A stretch of 64,000 nt of DNA, taken from NCBI GenBank assembly GCA_016839945.1, contig JAEOTE010000025.1, positions 1 to 64,000 of the forward strand, given 5' to 3'. Made by a program: the position numbers and the translations under genes. The DNA is from Candidatus Heimdallarchaeota archaeon (lineage in GTDB: Archaea > Asgardarchaeota > Heimdallarchaeia > Heimdallarchaeales > Heimdallarchaeaceae). A model generated the notes under the pieces. It saw only the letters and a program-made list of their open reading frames with translations. It did no database searches and was not told where the DNA came from. Of this stretch, positions 1-10,026 are shown one piece after another. Positions within the stretch are counted from its first letter, which is position 1; each line of letters begins with the position of its first letter.

Positions 1-297
1 ATTGCTTTTCACTGCTCATTTTATATTCTCCATCAGTTCTATTATTGAATATTGTATATAATTACAGTATTAAATACTTTATGCCTTTCTTAAATACTTT
101 ACGCTACTTCGCGTAAATTTATTTTTTCATTTTTTGATTAACTAGATAAATATTTTTCTTACTTTTTTTCAATTTTTTTAACGTTTAAGTTACTAAAACT
201 CCATTTTCTTAAGAAAAGGATATTTTTTCCTTAAGTGAGCAATAAATTTTAATAACAAACAAGTCCTTATCCTTTCATAAGCTACGGACTAGTAAGA

Positions 298-1854
298 ATG
301 AGTAGTTCTTCAACAACTGGAAAGGATGCAAATTTTAATAATAACGAAGAAGTCAATGAAGATTCTTTATACAAACTTGAACATCCTACACGTTCTCTAA
401 TAGGTATCTTTATTTCAACATTTTTTTTGAGGGTTGCATTTGGGAGTACTACCGTTTTAATGCCTATTTTTATTTGGTATCATCTTGGAATGCAAGGATG
501 GGAAGCAAATATTTCAATAATTTTTGTAGAGATTACATATGCATTAGCAGTCATATTTAGTTCTGGTTATTTTGGTTTTAAATCAGATACGTCTGATGCA
601 AGAAAATGGATCTTATTTGGTACAGCGGCAGCCGGATTAATCTTAGGAGGTTATGGTATATGCGCTTTAAGCTGGAACCAATGGATAGGTTTTCTCCCCT
701 TAACAAATGGATTGCTTATTTTTGGAATGAGCTTGTATCACTTCTTACATGGTATTGCTGGCTCATGTAAAGTTAATGCATCTTACGGATATTTATCACG
801 TTTTTCTGTATATGAAACACGAGCTACAAGGGTTGGGTTCTATAATGTAGCAGTTACTGGTGGTCGATCAGTCGGACTTGGTCTAGCTGGTATTCTGTAC
901 AATGTTATTGTTGTTCCTGAAGAACAAGGTTCAACTTGGGTACCAAAATATCCTCAGCGGTTAGTCTTTCTTTATTTAATGTTTGGTTTTGCAATAATTA
1001 TTTCTGCAGTGTTAGTATATTTTATGCTTGATAAAACCAAATCAGTAGTAAAAGATGAACAATACAGTGTTAAGAAAGAACTATTAACTTCATGGAGGTT
1101 GATGACACACAAAAGTAGAAGAGGTATTGTTCTGCCTTTATTGGGAACTGCTTCAGCTATAGGTATTTTAAACAATTGGGGTTTTCTTGTTCTTTCTATT
1201 GAGACTAATCCTGGACAAGCTAGTATTGCAACGATAGGTGTGACTTTAGCAATGGGTGTTCCAATGGCTCTTTGGGGTTGGGTTGCAGATCGAATAGGAA
1301 GAAAAAAGACTCTTGGTATAGGTGTGATAGGAATACTTCTCCTGCTCTTTGGACTATTATTTGCATTCTTTGGTAATTTTCTTACTGGTGGAAAACCTTG
1401 GAATGATCCTACTTCACAATTCGATCCAACTGGGCTTTATACTAACATATGGATTTTAGTAATTCTAGGGATAGCGGTCTTACTAGGTTCAGCATATTTT
1501 CCTGCTATAAGTGGAAGATTAGGAGACAGTACATCTGTTGGTGTTGAAAGAGATGGTTCAAGTTCAGAGGAAGAACTAGAAAAAACAGCTGAGTTTCATG
1601 GTTCTACAATGAGTATCCAACAAACTATAATGTCAGTTAGCGAAATTATTGGAATTATTCTGGGTGGAGTATCACTTATAGTAGTGTTCCTAATTGCAGG
1701 AACTGATAAGAACTTTGCATATAATATTATTGGAATGTTGATACCAATAGCTGCTTTAATAATTTTTACAACAATCTCTACTTTACTTTGGCCAGCTGAA
1801 GATGATTTTATAGAGGTAGCTCACGTTCGAAGAAAGGAAACTTCCAAGAAATAA
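298..1854 (+). CDS. MFS transporter
   Basis: About 12 hydrophobic TM segments; MFS motif A-like GWVADRIGRK. Confidence 0.85.
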   Translation: MSSSSTTGKDANFNNNEEVNEDSLYKLEHPTRSLIGIFISTFFLRVAFGSTTVLMPIFIWYHLGMQGWEANISIIFVEITYALAVIFSSGYFGFKSDTSDARKWILFGTAAAGLILGGYGICALSWNQWIGFLPLTNGLLIFGMSLYHFLHGIAGSCKVNASYGYLSRFSVYETRATRVGFYNVAVTGGRSVGLGLAGILYNVIVVPEEQGSTWVPKYPQRLVFLYLMFGFAIIISAVLVYFMLDKTKSVVKDEQYSVKKELLTSWRLMTHKSRRGIVLPLLGTASAIGILNNWGFLVLSIETNPGQASIATIGVTLAMGVPMALWGWVADRIGRKKTLGIGVIGILLLLFGLLFAFFGNFLTGGKPWNDPTSQFDPTGLYTNIWILVILGIAVLLGSAYFPAISGRLGDSTSVGVERDGSSSEEELEKTAEFHGSTMSIQQTIMSVSEIIGIILGGVSLIVVFLIAGTDKNFAYNIIGMLIPIAALIIFTTISTLLWPAEDDFIEVAHVRRKETSKK

Positions 1855-1906
1855 TAAATGCTCAAACCAGCACTTTTTTAACCTAGTAGTAAAACGCTTC
1901 AAAACA

Positions 1907-2794
1907 ATGAAAAATCCATGGCTCTTTCTAAACAATTTAACGCTGGACAATAGTATTATTGATTCCAACACTACAGTAATTCTCGGTTTTTCTGGGTATG
2001 GTTCAGTTGGAACAGCTGTTTTAAATCATTTAGTAGAGGAAATGGATGTAAACTCTATAGGCTTCTGGGGTACTATGAGCTGGTTTCACAAAGGAATATT
2101 GGAATCACCTATAACTATATACAACCTAAATATAGATTCTAAAAATGAGAAAGAGAAATATGTTTTAATCACATCACGTTTACCGATACCTGTAGTAGGA
2201 TATGAAGCTTTACCTGATGCTTTTTGGAAATGGCTTTCAACTGAAATTCTTTCTTGGGGAGCTAAACGATATATTGTTATTGGAGGATTAAGAGAAGAGG
2301 TTCGTAATTCATCAGATGACTCATGGGTAACCTTAATCCCAACTAAAGAGTATACAAAATTATTTGACACAAAAAGAACATTCAGAGATGATTTATCTAT
2401 AAGAGGACCTATTAGTTTTCTACTAACAGAAGGAACAGCTTTTCATTATCCTGTGTTAGCTATCTTATCTTATTGCAATACATATGATGTTGACCTTGAT
2501 GCTGCTTCTATGGCTCTCAAAGAACTTGAAAAGCACTTGGATTTGGATCTCAAAAGCAAAAAATTAAGTGAATTCGATACTTCATTTCTTGAAAATCAAC
2601 TGGAATTATTTGATAATGAAGAGGATTCTGAATTTGATGAATTCAACGAATATGAAGAAGAATATGACGAAGAATTTGAAAAATATGAAAATCAAAAAAG
2701 AACAAATTCTTTCCGAAAATCCTTCTCATTCAACTCTGATTCTGATGAAAAACACTATAAAAACAATAAAGAGGATTTAGACAAGTACAAGTGA
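1907..2794 (+). CDS. PAC2-family proteasome assembly chaperone-like protein with acidic C-terminal tail
   Basis: N-terminal VILGFSGYGSVG..VLNHLVE motif, IVIGGL, I.GPISFLLTEG typical of PAC2 family. Confidence 0.75.
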   Translation: MKNPWLFLNNLTLDNSIIDSNTTVILGFSGYGSVGTAVLNHLVEEMDVNSIGFWGTMSWFHKGILESPITIYNLNIDSKNEKEKYVLITSRLPIPVVGYEALPDAFWKWLSTEILSWGAKRYIVIGGLREEVRNSSDDSWVTLIPTKEYTKLFDTKRTFRDDLSIRGPISFLLTEGTAFHYPVLAILSYCNTYDVDLDAASMALKELEKHLDLDLKSKKLSEFDTSFLENQLELFDNEEDSEFDEFNEYEEEYDEEFEKYENQKRTNSFRKSFSFNSDSDEKHYKNNKEDLDKYK

Positions 2795-2801
2795 AAATCT
2801 T

Positions 2802-3713
2802 CTAAATAATCTCTGAAAACTCTTCAATTTTTATTAGGTCTATAGCATCAACTGGACATACAGCTCTACATATTCCACATGCTTTACAATACGATTTATT
2901 GACTATCAATTTACTACTATTTCTATAAATTGTTCCTTCAGGACAATGAAACATACACTGAAGACATTGAATACATTTCTCTTGATTTATTTCTGCTTTG
3001 TAGTGACTCCAGGTTCCAGTCATCTTTGTTTTTGCAGATCCTGGTCCAATTAATTGATTATTGTTTACTTTCATTTTTGGAATTATCGTGCCTATTGGAA
3101 GTTCTTCTGTGGTAGGCAACCAAGGTTGATTCTTTTCGTAATTTCTTCCTGCTTTTGTTTCTCCAAAAATAGTCTGTTCATATGCTATTTTTGCTGCTTC
3201 AACGTTCTTTTTTGCTTGATTCTCTCCAATTTTTGGACTGAATACTGACATAATTCCTCTTTCTAAATCTGCAAAAGATAAGATATCCAATGCACGAACA
3301 AGAGAACCAAGCATGGCACTATTTGTTATAGGTTGATCTAAAACTTCTTCTGCGATTTTTGTTGCATCAATTACTCCCGCCTTTATGGATTTCGAAAGGG
3401 TGATATCCTCTGGTTTCTTGTCGGAATTCAGGATACCAACTCCATTTGGTTTAAGACCATCTGCAACATCTATTAATTCAAGAAGAGAATTGTCTAATAC
3501 AACAATAAAATTCGGTTCATAAATTTGAGTTCTTTTGTATATTCTTTTTTCATTTATTCTTGTAAATGCTAAAACTGGAGCTCCTCTCCTTTCAGCTCCA
3601 AAAGAAGGAAAAGTTACCGCATGTTTTCCGGAATAGAAGACTGCTTTAGCTAAAGCTTGCGATGCTAAAACAGAACCTGCTCCACCTCTTCCATGGAATC
3701 GAATTTCTAACAT
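2802..3713 (-). CDS. 2-oxoacid:ferredoxin oxidoreductase gamma subunit fused to delta (ferredoxin) subunit
   Basis: EIRFHGRGG, FGAERRGAPV gamma motifs; C-terminal TGTW plus two CxxCxxCxxxCP motifs. Confidence 0.9.
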   Translation of the reverse strand: MLEIRFHGRGGAGSVLASQALAKAVFYSGKHAVTFPSFGAERRGAPVLAFTRINEKRIYKRTQIYEPNFIVVLDNSLLELIDVADGLKPNGVGILNSDKKPEDITLSKSIKAGVIDATKIAEEVLDQPITNSAMLGSLVRALDILSFADLERGIMSVFSPKIGENQAKKNVEAAKIAYEQTIFGETKAGRNYEKNQPWLPTTEELPIGTIIPKMKVNNNQLIGPGSAKTKMTGTWSHYKAEINQEKCIQCLQCMFHCPEGTIYRNSSKLIVNKSYCKACGICRAVCPVDAIDLIKIEEFSEII

Positions 3714-3775
3714 TTACAATCCCTAATAAACAAGTAACGATTGTCAATATGATTAAGGTGTTATTTAAATTATCC

Positions 3776-4321
3776 CTATTGGTTCTTTTCGAATTTTGCT
3801 TTTGTTAACCATTTGTTAAATTCAATTGCCAATGAACTCTCTATTTCTTTTTCATCAGTTTTGATTCTATGGATCTCTCTTTGTCTCTCTAAAAAAGTTG
3901 GTATTATTAGTTTGAAATCTAATGCATAAAGATCGAAAATAAATGAAATTGGATGGAAATAATCTTCAAGAAAATCCTCCAACTCATCAAAATAAAGCAT
4001 GAGATCTTTATATATCTCTCTGCTAACAACGAAATTAATGATAGTGACTGTTTTCTTTTTCAAGCGTATATCTTTCGCATCTAGATTTTTTACTGTAATA
4101 GCATATGCAAATAGAAAAAGGTCTCTACTCAATTTGGTTGTAGCTAATCCTTCAATCTCTTGATTTTGCAAAATCCCCATTAAAGAGGGATAATTTGTAA
4201 GAAGAACTTGAAGTTTAACATCTTTAATATTAGAGGATAATAGCTCAAATCCAGTATCACTAAAAAATACTACAGCGAATCCCTCTTTTTCTTCATTTTG
4301 AGTATCAACTAAAGTAGTCAC
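3776..4321 (-). CDS. hypothetical protein, possible uDENN/longin-like domain
   Basis: 181-aa ORF; motif pattern shared with the cytoplasmic domain of 34148-35938. Confidence 0.55.
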   Translation of the reverse strand: MTTLVDTQNEEKEGFAVVFFSDTGFELLSSNIKDVKLQVLLTNYPSLMGILQNQEIEGLATTKLSRDLFLFAYAITVKNLDAKDIRLKKKTVTIINFVVSREIYKDLMLYFDELEDFLEDYFHPISFIFDLYALDFKLIIPTFLERQREIHRIKTDEKEIESSLAIEFNKWLTKAKFEKNQ

Positions 4322-4439
4322 TGTTCTTCATATTTTTTTTGTCATTAAAATATATAAACCCCCGAAAAGTATGATGCATATGCGTTATTCAATCATTATT
4401 AACAAATAAATTATAAGAGAGTAATGTGATTTTATTACA

Positions 4440-5150
4440 ATGGATAAGAAATTAGAAAAAAAATGGAAGAAATTTACTAAGTCTACAGATAAAAGTAAAC
4501 TTGACATTTTAGTGGAGCTTTCAGAGTTAGATAGAAGCGAGGAAATTGCTGAGTTTTTCTTTAGAGTAATTGAACAAGAAAAATATGAAAAAATCAGGAT
4601 CAAAGCAATCATGATTCTCAAAGAATATGATGATGAAAAGATAGTTGATAAGCTTAATAGCTTCTATGGACATGAAAGAGAGAAGAGCGTAAGATTAGCT
4701 CTAGTTGAAGCGATAGGTAATATGTCCTCTTCCAAAGTAGAAGATTTATTACAAACAGTAATAGAAAAAGATGATAATAATATTGTCCGCTCAATGGCGA
4801 TAAAAAACCTCCATAACAGAAAAAAGATTACCAAAGCTAAGATGAGAAATATACTTCATGATGTTATCCAGAATGATCATGATGTGTTTCCAAAACAAAT
4901 AGCATTAAGCGTGATTGAATTCTATGCAAATAAATCATCGCTTGAAATTCTGCAAAAAGTGTTTAATAGAGAAGTAAAATTCAAAATGAGAAGTCTAATT
5001 TACAAGACATTGAGCTCAATTGCAACAAAACTGAAGAAGGAATTAGATGTAGAAGAACCTAAAGAAGAATCTTTTGAAAAAACAGATAAAAAGGAAAAGA
5101 AAAGAAGGAAGAAAAAGAAAAAGGAAGAAGAAGAGCATCTATTTTTCTAA
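4440..5150 (+). CDS. HEAT-repeat protein with basic C-terminal tail
   Basis: Repeated E/D..VR.A.V.A.G helical units. Confidence 0.8.
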   Translation: MDKKLEKKWKKFTKSTDKSKLDILVELSELDRSEEIAEFFFRVIEQEKYEKIRIKAIMILKEYDDEKIVDKLNSFYGHEREKSVRLALVEAIGNMSSSKVEDLLQTVIEKDDNNIVRSMAIKNLHNRKKITKAKMRNILHDVIQNDHDVFPKQIALSVIEFYANKSSLEILQKVFNREVKFKMRSLIYKTLSSIATKLKKELDVEEPKEESFEKTDKKEKKRRKKKKKEEEEHLFF

Positions 5151-5321
5151 GAAATTAAGTTATTTCTCTCTTGAGAAAAATTCACTCTTAGAAATTTCTT
5201 TTGAAATTGTATTTTTAGTCATCTTATTACATAAAACGGATTATTTTCATAATTTGTTTAAGCGAAAATAATTATAGGTAGTAAAGAAACTGATACATAG
5301 AAAGAAATTTCGTTGATTTAA

Positions 5322-6239
5322 ATGGTTCAAAGTGTGAATATCTCTGAAAATGACCTAGAGCAAGTAAATCAATTTCTAATTGGTTTAGAAACTATTGTTA
5401 ATGAGGGAAGACAATGGGAGATGGAATCAATCATAGAAGGAGAGGGATTGGAGGGTGTTATTCAAGCCTTTCTGAGTATGATAATAGCAAACTTTGATCA
5501 GTCTTTATCAAAATTCAGAGTTTATCCAAGATTCATAAAGAAATTAGAAAATGGAAAAATAAGAATTCATAGTTCAACGAGAATATCATCAACTGAAAGT
5601 ATGGACATAACTTGGACTTTAAAAAAACCTCGTGGAGAATTTCAAAAATTAGTTATTGAAAGTATAAACTCAATGACTGTTGCAATATATGAAGAATCTA
5701 AACATGAAAGAAATGAAATTCCCAGATTAGATAAACAGTGGAAAGGATTCATGAGAGCAATCGAAAAAGTTGATATGATAAATAGGATCTATATGAAATT
5801 AAAAGAAGAGCAAGGAAAAACAAAAGCAAAAGCATTTTTTGATGATACAAAAGAGTTTGAACAAGAAGTAGATAATCTGTTTGGATTTCTAGAAGGGCCT
5901 TTCAAATTTATTGCATATATAGCTGTCATGGGTTCGAATGTTGATGGATTGAAAGGAGTAATTTTGAAGAAGAATGCGGATTATGAAGTAGTTTTTGATG
6001 ATTTTCGAGAACTTGATGCTTTGGATTCAATAACTGCAACCAAAAAAATGACAGAAAAAGAATATGTTGATTTGCTTACTTATCAATGGAAACAAAGAAC
6101 AAAGAAAAGCAAACTATTAGTAGAGATAATAGTTGATAAAGAAAAAAAGAGAATCACGTATAAATTAAAGAAAAAACCTCCTACTACAAAAAAAGGTAAA
6201 AAATTAGTCAAAGGTGAAAGAACTACTAAGAAAAAATAA
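5322..6239 (+). CDS. hypothetical protein
   Basis: 305-aa ORF, Lys-rich C-terminus, no recognised motif. Confidence 0.7.
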   Translation: MVQSVNISENDLEQVNQFLIGLETIVNEGRQWEMESIIEGEGLEGVIQAFLSMIIANFDQSLSKFRVYPRFIKKLENGKIRIHSSTRISSTESMDITWTLKKPRGEFQKLVIESINSMTVAIYEESKHERNEIPRLDKQWKGFMRAIEKVDMINRIYMKLKEEQGKTKAKAFFDDTKEFEQEVDNLFGFLEGPFKFIAYIAVMGSNVDGLKGVILKKNADYEVVFDDFRELDALDSITATKKMTEKEYVDLLTYQWKQRTKKSKLLVEIIVDKEKKRITYKLKKKPPTTKKGKKLVKGERTTKKK

Positions 6240-6251
6240 AATTGTCTATTA

Positions 6252-6908
6252 CTACTCTTCAGGTTTCTGTGCAACTACCCATACATATCCTCGTTTATCG
6301 CCAGGTCTCATTAATCTCTCTTCTCTTGCAAGGGAAAAAATAGTCCAGTTTTTTAGAGCTTTACGTAATTCTAACATTGTGATGAATCTTAATGGGGGAT
6401 CAGTCTTGAAATGAGGTTTAACATTTCCTCCATAAAGCAACCATCCTCCTGGTTTAACAGCTTTGATGAGTTCCTCAAATTTAGATGGAGTTTTCTCGAG
6501 AAGATATTGGAGACATTGAATAGCTGAAACAACATCATAACTTTCTTTCTTTAACACGAACTTCTCCATATCTTCAAGAAGTATATTCATTTTATCATCT
6601 AATCCTAATGTTTCTGCTCTTTTTTTTGTTATTTCAATTGAAGAAGGCAGTATGTCTATTGCAGTGACATCATATCCTAATTTAGCAAGAAAGCAAGAGT
6701 CTATCCCATCTCCAGTTGCTAGATCAATGGCTTTCTTTCCTTGAACATCTTGACCATATGTGAAAAAGTAAAATTCTTGTAAAGCGTAATGAGTAAGAAA
6801 GGTTGGTAACTCATTCAATGGTTGATCTAGTTGCTTCTTGTATAAATTATCCCAACCTTGCATATACTTGTCTGGCAAAACAGTAGGATACTTTTTGTTC
6901 ATAGACAT
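6252..6908 (-). CDS. class I SAM-dependent methyltransferase (TehB-like)
   Basis: IDLATGDG motif I, VTAID, YDVV, VKPGG. Confidence 0.85.
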   Translation of the reverse strand: MSMNKKYPTVLPDKYMQGWDNLYKKQLDQPLNELPTFLTHYALQEFYFFTYGQDVQGKKAIDLATGDGIDSCFLAKLGYDVTAIDILPSSIEITKKRAETLGLDDKMNILLEDMEKFVLKKESYDVVSAIQCLQYLLEKTPSKFEELIKAVKPGGWLLYGGNVKPHFKTDPPLRFITMLELRKALKNWTIFSLAREERLMRPGDKRGYVWVVAQKPEE

Positions 6909-7053
6909 TTTTGAAATAATGCACTTATAAGGTATCTTGTTTCCACAAAGGTTGAACTAATTTGGTTACGTATAAATAAGTGGCGTAAGATTTAATATAC
7001 TGTAAAAGCTTATTAGGGAAAGAGTTTAGATTTATGTTAAGGGGAGAAAATAA

Positions 7054-8721
7054 TTGAAAGGTAAAAGAACAGTTTTGATAAATTCTATTATTTTTATTTT
7101 TCTAATTTTGCATACAGGATTTGCAGTTGCAAAAAAAACAGATCAAACTAATACTGTGGATAAGGATGATTACTACTATGATTTTGAAGTACCCTATATA
7201 ATAACAAATGTTACAATTCTGGAAGATGGCTCAATAGATATTTTGTATGAAATGGAGTTAATATGTCAACCAGGAGGGCAACCCATAGATGTGGTAGATA
7301 TAGGATTTCCAAACAATCATTATAAACTGAAATCAGTAAGAGCATGGTTGGATGAGGTTGAAATTGATAAATCTAGGATAATGAAAAGTGAAGCTATTGA
7401 GATTGGAGTTGAAATATGGCTTTATGATGTGGGTTTTATTGATCCGGGAGAAACTGCAAAATTGAAAGTTTTTTGCAATAATCTAGCTATGGTGTACCCT
7501 GATGTCAATGAAGGCTTTGCATCTTGCTTGTTTTCACAAACTTGGTTTTATTGGGATTTTACATCAGGAACTACAAATAGAACTGTTAGATTCTTTTTCC
7601 CAGACGATTTACCTTCCTTAGATTCAGTGGAAAATAGATGGGCTCCAATATCTGAATTTACTAAATTTCCTTCTCCTTCTTATGGAGATCCTTACGTTGA
7701 ATTTTCAACATTTGGTTATCCTGATACACCATATGATGTAGGCGTTTCATTACCAGAGGAATATGTGAAAATACATAGTGTTTTCTGGAAACTTACAATT
7801 CCACAATACAAAGGTTTTATTTATTTTGGTTTAGCTGTATTAGCATTTGTTATACTCATGTCATTTAGTAAACGTCGATCAGATCGTAAGTATTTACCTC
7901 CAACAATCACTACTTTAGGAGGAGGTATTAGAAAAGATTTGATACCTTCAGAAGTAGCAATTTTTATGGAACGACCTTTAACTCAAGTAGCTTCTTTGGT
8001 CTTATTTGAGATGATGGAGAAAGAATATATCTCAATTAGACAAAGTTCTCCCTTAAGATTAGATGTAAACATAAACCAAACAAAGATAGAAGCTCTTCCC
8101 AAATATCAAGAATTAATAATAAATGGAATAAAAAAGAGAAATCAAGAAGATGAAAGAGTGCTAAGAGGAGCAAAATCTGGGGCTATCGAGCCTGAACCAG
8201 TTCATCAAACTGAATTGAAAAAAGCTCTTCAATCACTTATTAAGTCTGTAGGAAGAAAAATTAAGGGCTATTCTTTTAGAAAAACAAGAAAGTACTATGA
8301 AGAAATAGTTGATAAAGCTTGGATGGATATGCAAAAATCTAAACCTGAATTGCAAAACGCATTCCTATGGATAATGGTTGATGAAGATTATGAGGGTAGA
8401 TTAGATCGTCATTATACAAGTTATTACTATCCACATTGGTACGTTACCAATTACTACTTCTATACTGGAAGATCCTTTAGAACAATGCCAAAGGTTAGTA
8501 GATCGTCATTCGTAAAAATCCAAGGACATGGAAAAATTACTCAAATTTCTCCAGTTAGAAGTTTAATGGGTGGATTAATACATAAACCTCAAAGTATGCA
8601 TAAATCGATAAGAGGGGTTACTAGACCTGCTTCTACTAGTAGTGGAAGTAGAGGTTATAGCGGTGGGGGTTGTGCTTGCGCTTGTGCATGCGCCTGCGCA
8701 TGTGCTGGAGGTGGTAGATGA
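7054..8721 (+). CDS. single-pass membrane protein (DUF2207-like) with C-terminal Cys-Ala repeat tail; putative radical SAM substrate
   Basis: N-terminal signal peptide, beta-rich ectodomain (TILEDGSIDI), TM helix at about aa 255-272, cytoplasmic domain, Ser/Gly linker, ends GGGCACACACACACAGGGR. Confidence 0.8.
   Translation: MKGKRTVLINSIIFIFLILHTGFAVAKKTDQTNTVDKDDYYYDFEVPYIITNVTILEDGSIDILYEMELICQPGGQPIDVVDIGFPNNHYKLKSVRAWLDEVEIDKSRIMKSEAIEIGVEIWLYDVGFIDPGETAKLKVFCNNLAMVYPDVNEGFASCLFSQTWFYWDFTSGTTNRTVRFFFPDDLPSLDSVENRWAPISEFTKFPSPSYGDPYVEFSTFGYPDTPYDVGVSLPEEYVKIHSVFWKLTIPQYKGFIYFGLAVLAFVILMSFSKRRSDRKYLPPTITTLGGGIRKDLIPSEVAIFMERPLTQVASLVLFEMMEKEYISIRQSSPLRLDVNINQTKIEALPKYQELIINGIKKRNQEDERVLRGAKSGAIEPEPVHQTELKKALQSLIKSVGRKIKGYSFRKTRKYYEEIVDKAWMDMQKSKPELQNAFLWIMVDEDYEGRLDRHYTSYYYPHWYVTNYYFYTGRSFRTMPKVSRSSFVKIQGHGKITQISPVRSLMGGLIHKPQSMHKSIRGVTRPASTSSGSRGYSGGGCACACACACACAGGGR
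8671..8706 (+). repeat. coding (Cys-Ala)x6 repeat
   Basis: tgt gct tgc gct tgt gca tgc gcc tgc gca tgt gct; third codon positions vary. Confidence 0.95.
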
Positions 8722-10025
8722 TGGTGTCATCAAAAATGCATCATAGCAGAAATCTAGATACATTTGCAAGATTGCATCTACGAAAAGAAAAGAAAGGAAA
8801 TGGAATTTTATTAGTAAATGCAACAAGGATTTTTCACTTGAATAAAACTGCAACAGATTTCTTCTCTCGAATAATCGATAACAAAGATGATGAAGAAATA
8901 ATAAGAGAGATGAAAAGAAAATATAGAGTTGCAGAAGAACAACTTCGAATCGATTTAAAGGAACTTAAGCAATCTGTTGAAAACCTAATGAATAAACCAG
9001 ATATTGATCCAGTTCAAGATTTATCCCAAGATATTAGTCCTATGCTTGAAACTCCTTTTTCAGCACCACTTCGAATGGATTTAGCATTAACATATAAATG
9101 CAATAATAAATGTACTAAATGTTACGTTGAACAAACAAGAGATATTAAAGAATTGACTACAGAAGAGTGGAAAAATGTTTTAGATAAACTCTGGGAAATA
9201 GGAATCCCTCATGTAACTTTTACTGGAGGAGAACCAACTTTAAGAGATGATTTACCTAAACTTGTAGAGCATGCTGAAGATTTAGGTATAATTACAGGAT
9301 TAATTTCTAATGGTAGAAAATTAAAAGACAAGAAACTGGTTGAAGAGCTAGTTACAGCTGGAATTGATCACTTTCAGATTACAATTGAAAGCCATGACTC
9401 AAAAATTCATGATGAATTAAATGGTGCAAAAAATGCTTGGAAAGAAACAGTGGAAGGAATAAAGAATATTATTCCAACTCCCGTTTACATTATGACAAAT
9501 ACAACTCTTACTCCTTATAACATAAAAGATATAGAAAAAACTATAGAGTTCCTTGCTTCATTAGGAATTGACCATTTTGCAGCAAATGGAATTATCAAAT
9601 CAGGTGGAGGAAAGCAAGAAGAATTAGCTCTTTCTATTGATGAACTTGATGGAGTTCTAGATAGAGTAATGAAAAAAGCATCTGAATTAAAAATGGGTTT
9701 CTTGTGGTATTCTCCAACAAGATATTGTGATTTTAATCCAATAGATAAAGGATTAGGATTGAAACAATGTTCTGCTTCTCATATAGCAATGGCTATTGAA
9801 CCTGATGGAATGGTCATTCCGTGTCAGAGTTACTTTGAACCTCTAGGAAATATTTTAGAGACTAAATGGAGAAAAATATGGAACCATAAGACATCAAAAT
9901 CTCTCAGAAAAATGCAATATCTACCAGATGAATGCTTAGATTGTCCAGAAAGAGAAATATGTGGAGGAGGTTGTCCTCTAAACTATAAAGCTCCAATGAA
10001 TATATGTCGAGAAGCGTTTTCATGA
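8718..10025 (+). CDS. radical SAM/SPASM peptide-maturase-type enzyme with N-terminal PqqD/RRE domain
   Basis: RRE-like LNKTA..F....D..EII..M..KY.V.EE....D; CNNKCTKC; FTGGEP; SPASM C(x)nPDG.V.PC and CLDCPEREICGGGCP; ATGA overlap with upstream stop. Confidence 0.92.
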   Translation: MMVSSKMHHSRNLDTFARLHLRKEKKGNGILLVNATRIFHLNKTATDFFSRIIDNKDDEEIIREMKRKYRVAEEQLRIDLKELKQSVENLMNKPDIDPVQDLSQDISPMLETPFSAPLRMDLALTYKCNNKCTKCYVEQTRDIKELTTEEWKNVLDKLWEIGIPHVTFTGGEPTLRDDLPKLVEHAEDLGIITGLISNGRKLKDKKLVEELVTAGIDHFQITIESHDSKIHDELNGAKNAWKETVEGIKNIIPTPVYIMTNTTLTPYNIKDIEKTIEFLASLGIDHFAANGIIKSGGGKQEELALSIDELDGVLDRVMKKASELKMGFLWYSPTRYCDFNPIDKGLGLKQCSASHIAMAIEPDGMVIPCQSYFEPLGNILETKWRKIWNHKTSKSLRKMQYLPDECLDCPEREICGGGCPLNYKAPMNICREAFS

Positions 10026-10026
10026 T

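Noticed and set aside
1-19. Start of a minus-strand gene (MSSEKQ) at the window edge
   Set aside because: Only six codons are visible, so it cannot be supported.
8575-8853. 92-aa minus-strand ORF as an alternative RiPP precursor
   Set aside because: Antisense to two well-supported genes; its Ser/Thr/Cys content mirrors the CA tail.
8719-10025. Selenocysteine readthrough of the TGA stops of the CA-tail and rSAM genes
   Set aside because: Both TGAs overlap or abut the next gene's start, readthrough gives short unremarkable extensions, and no SECIS was recognised.
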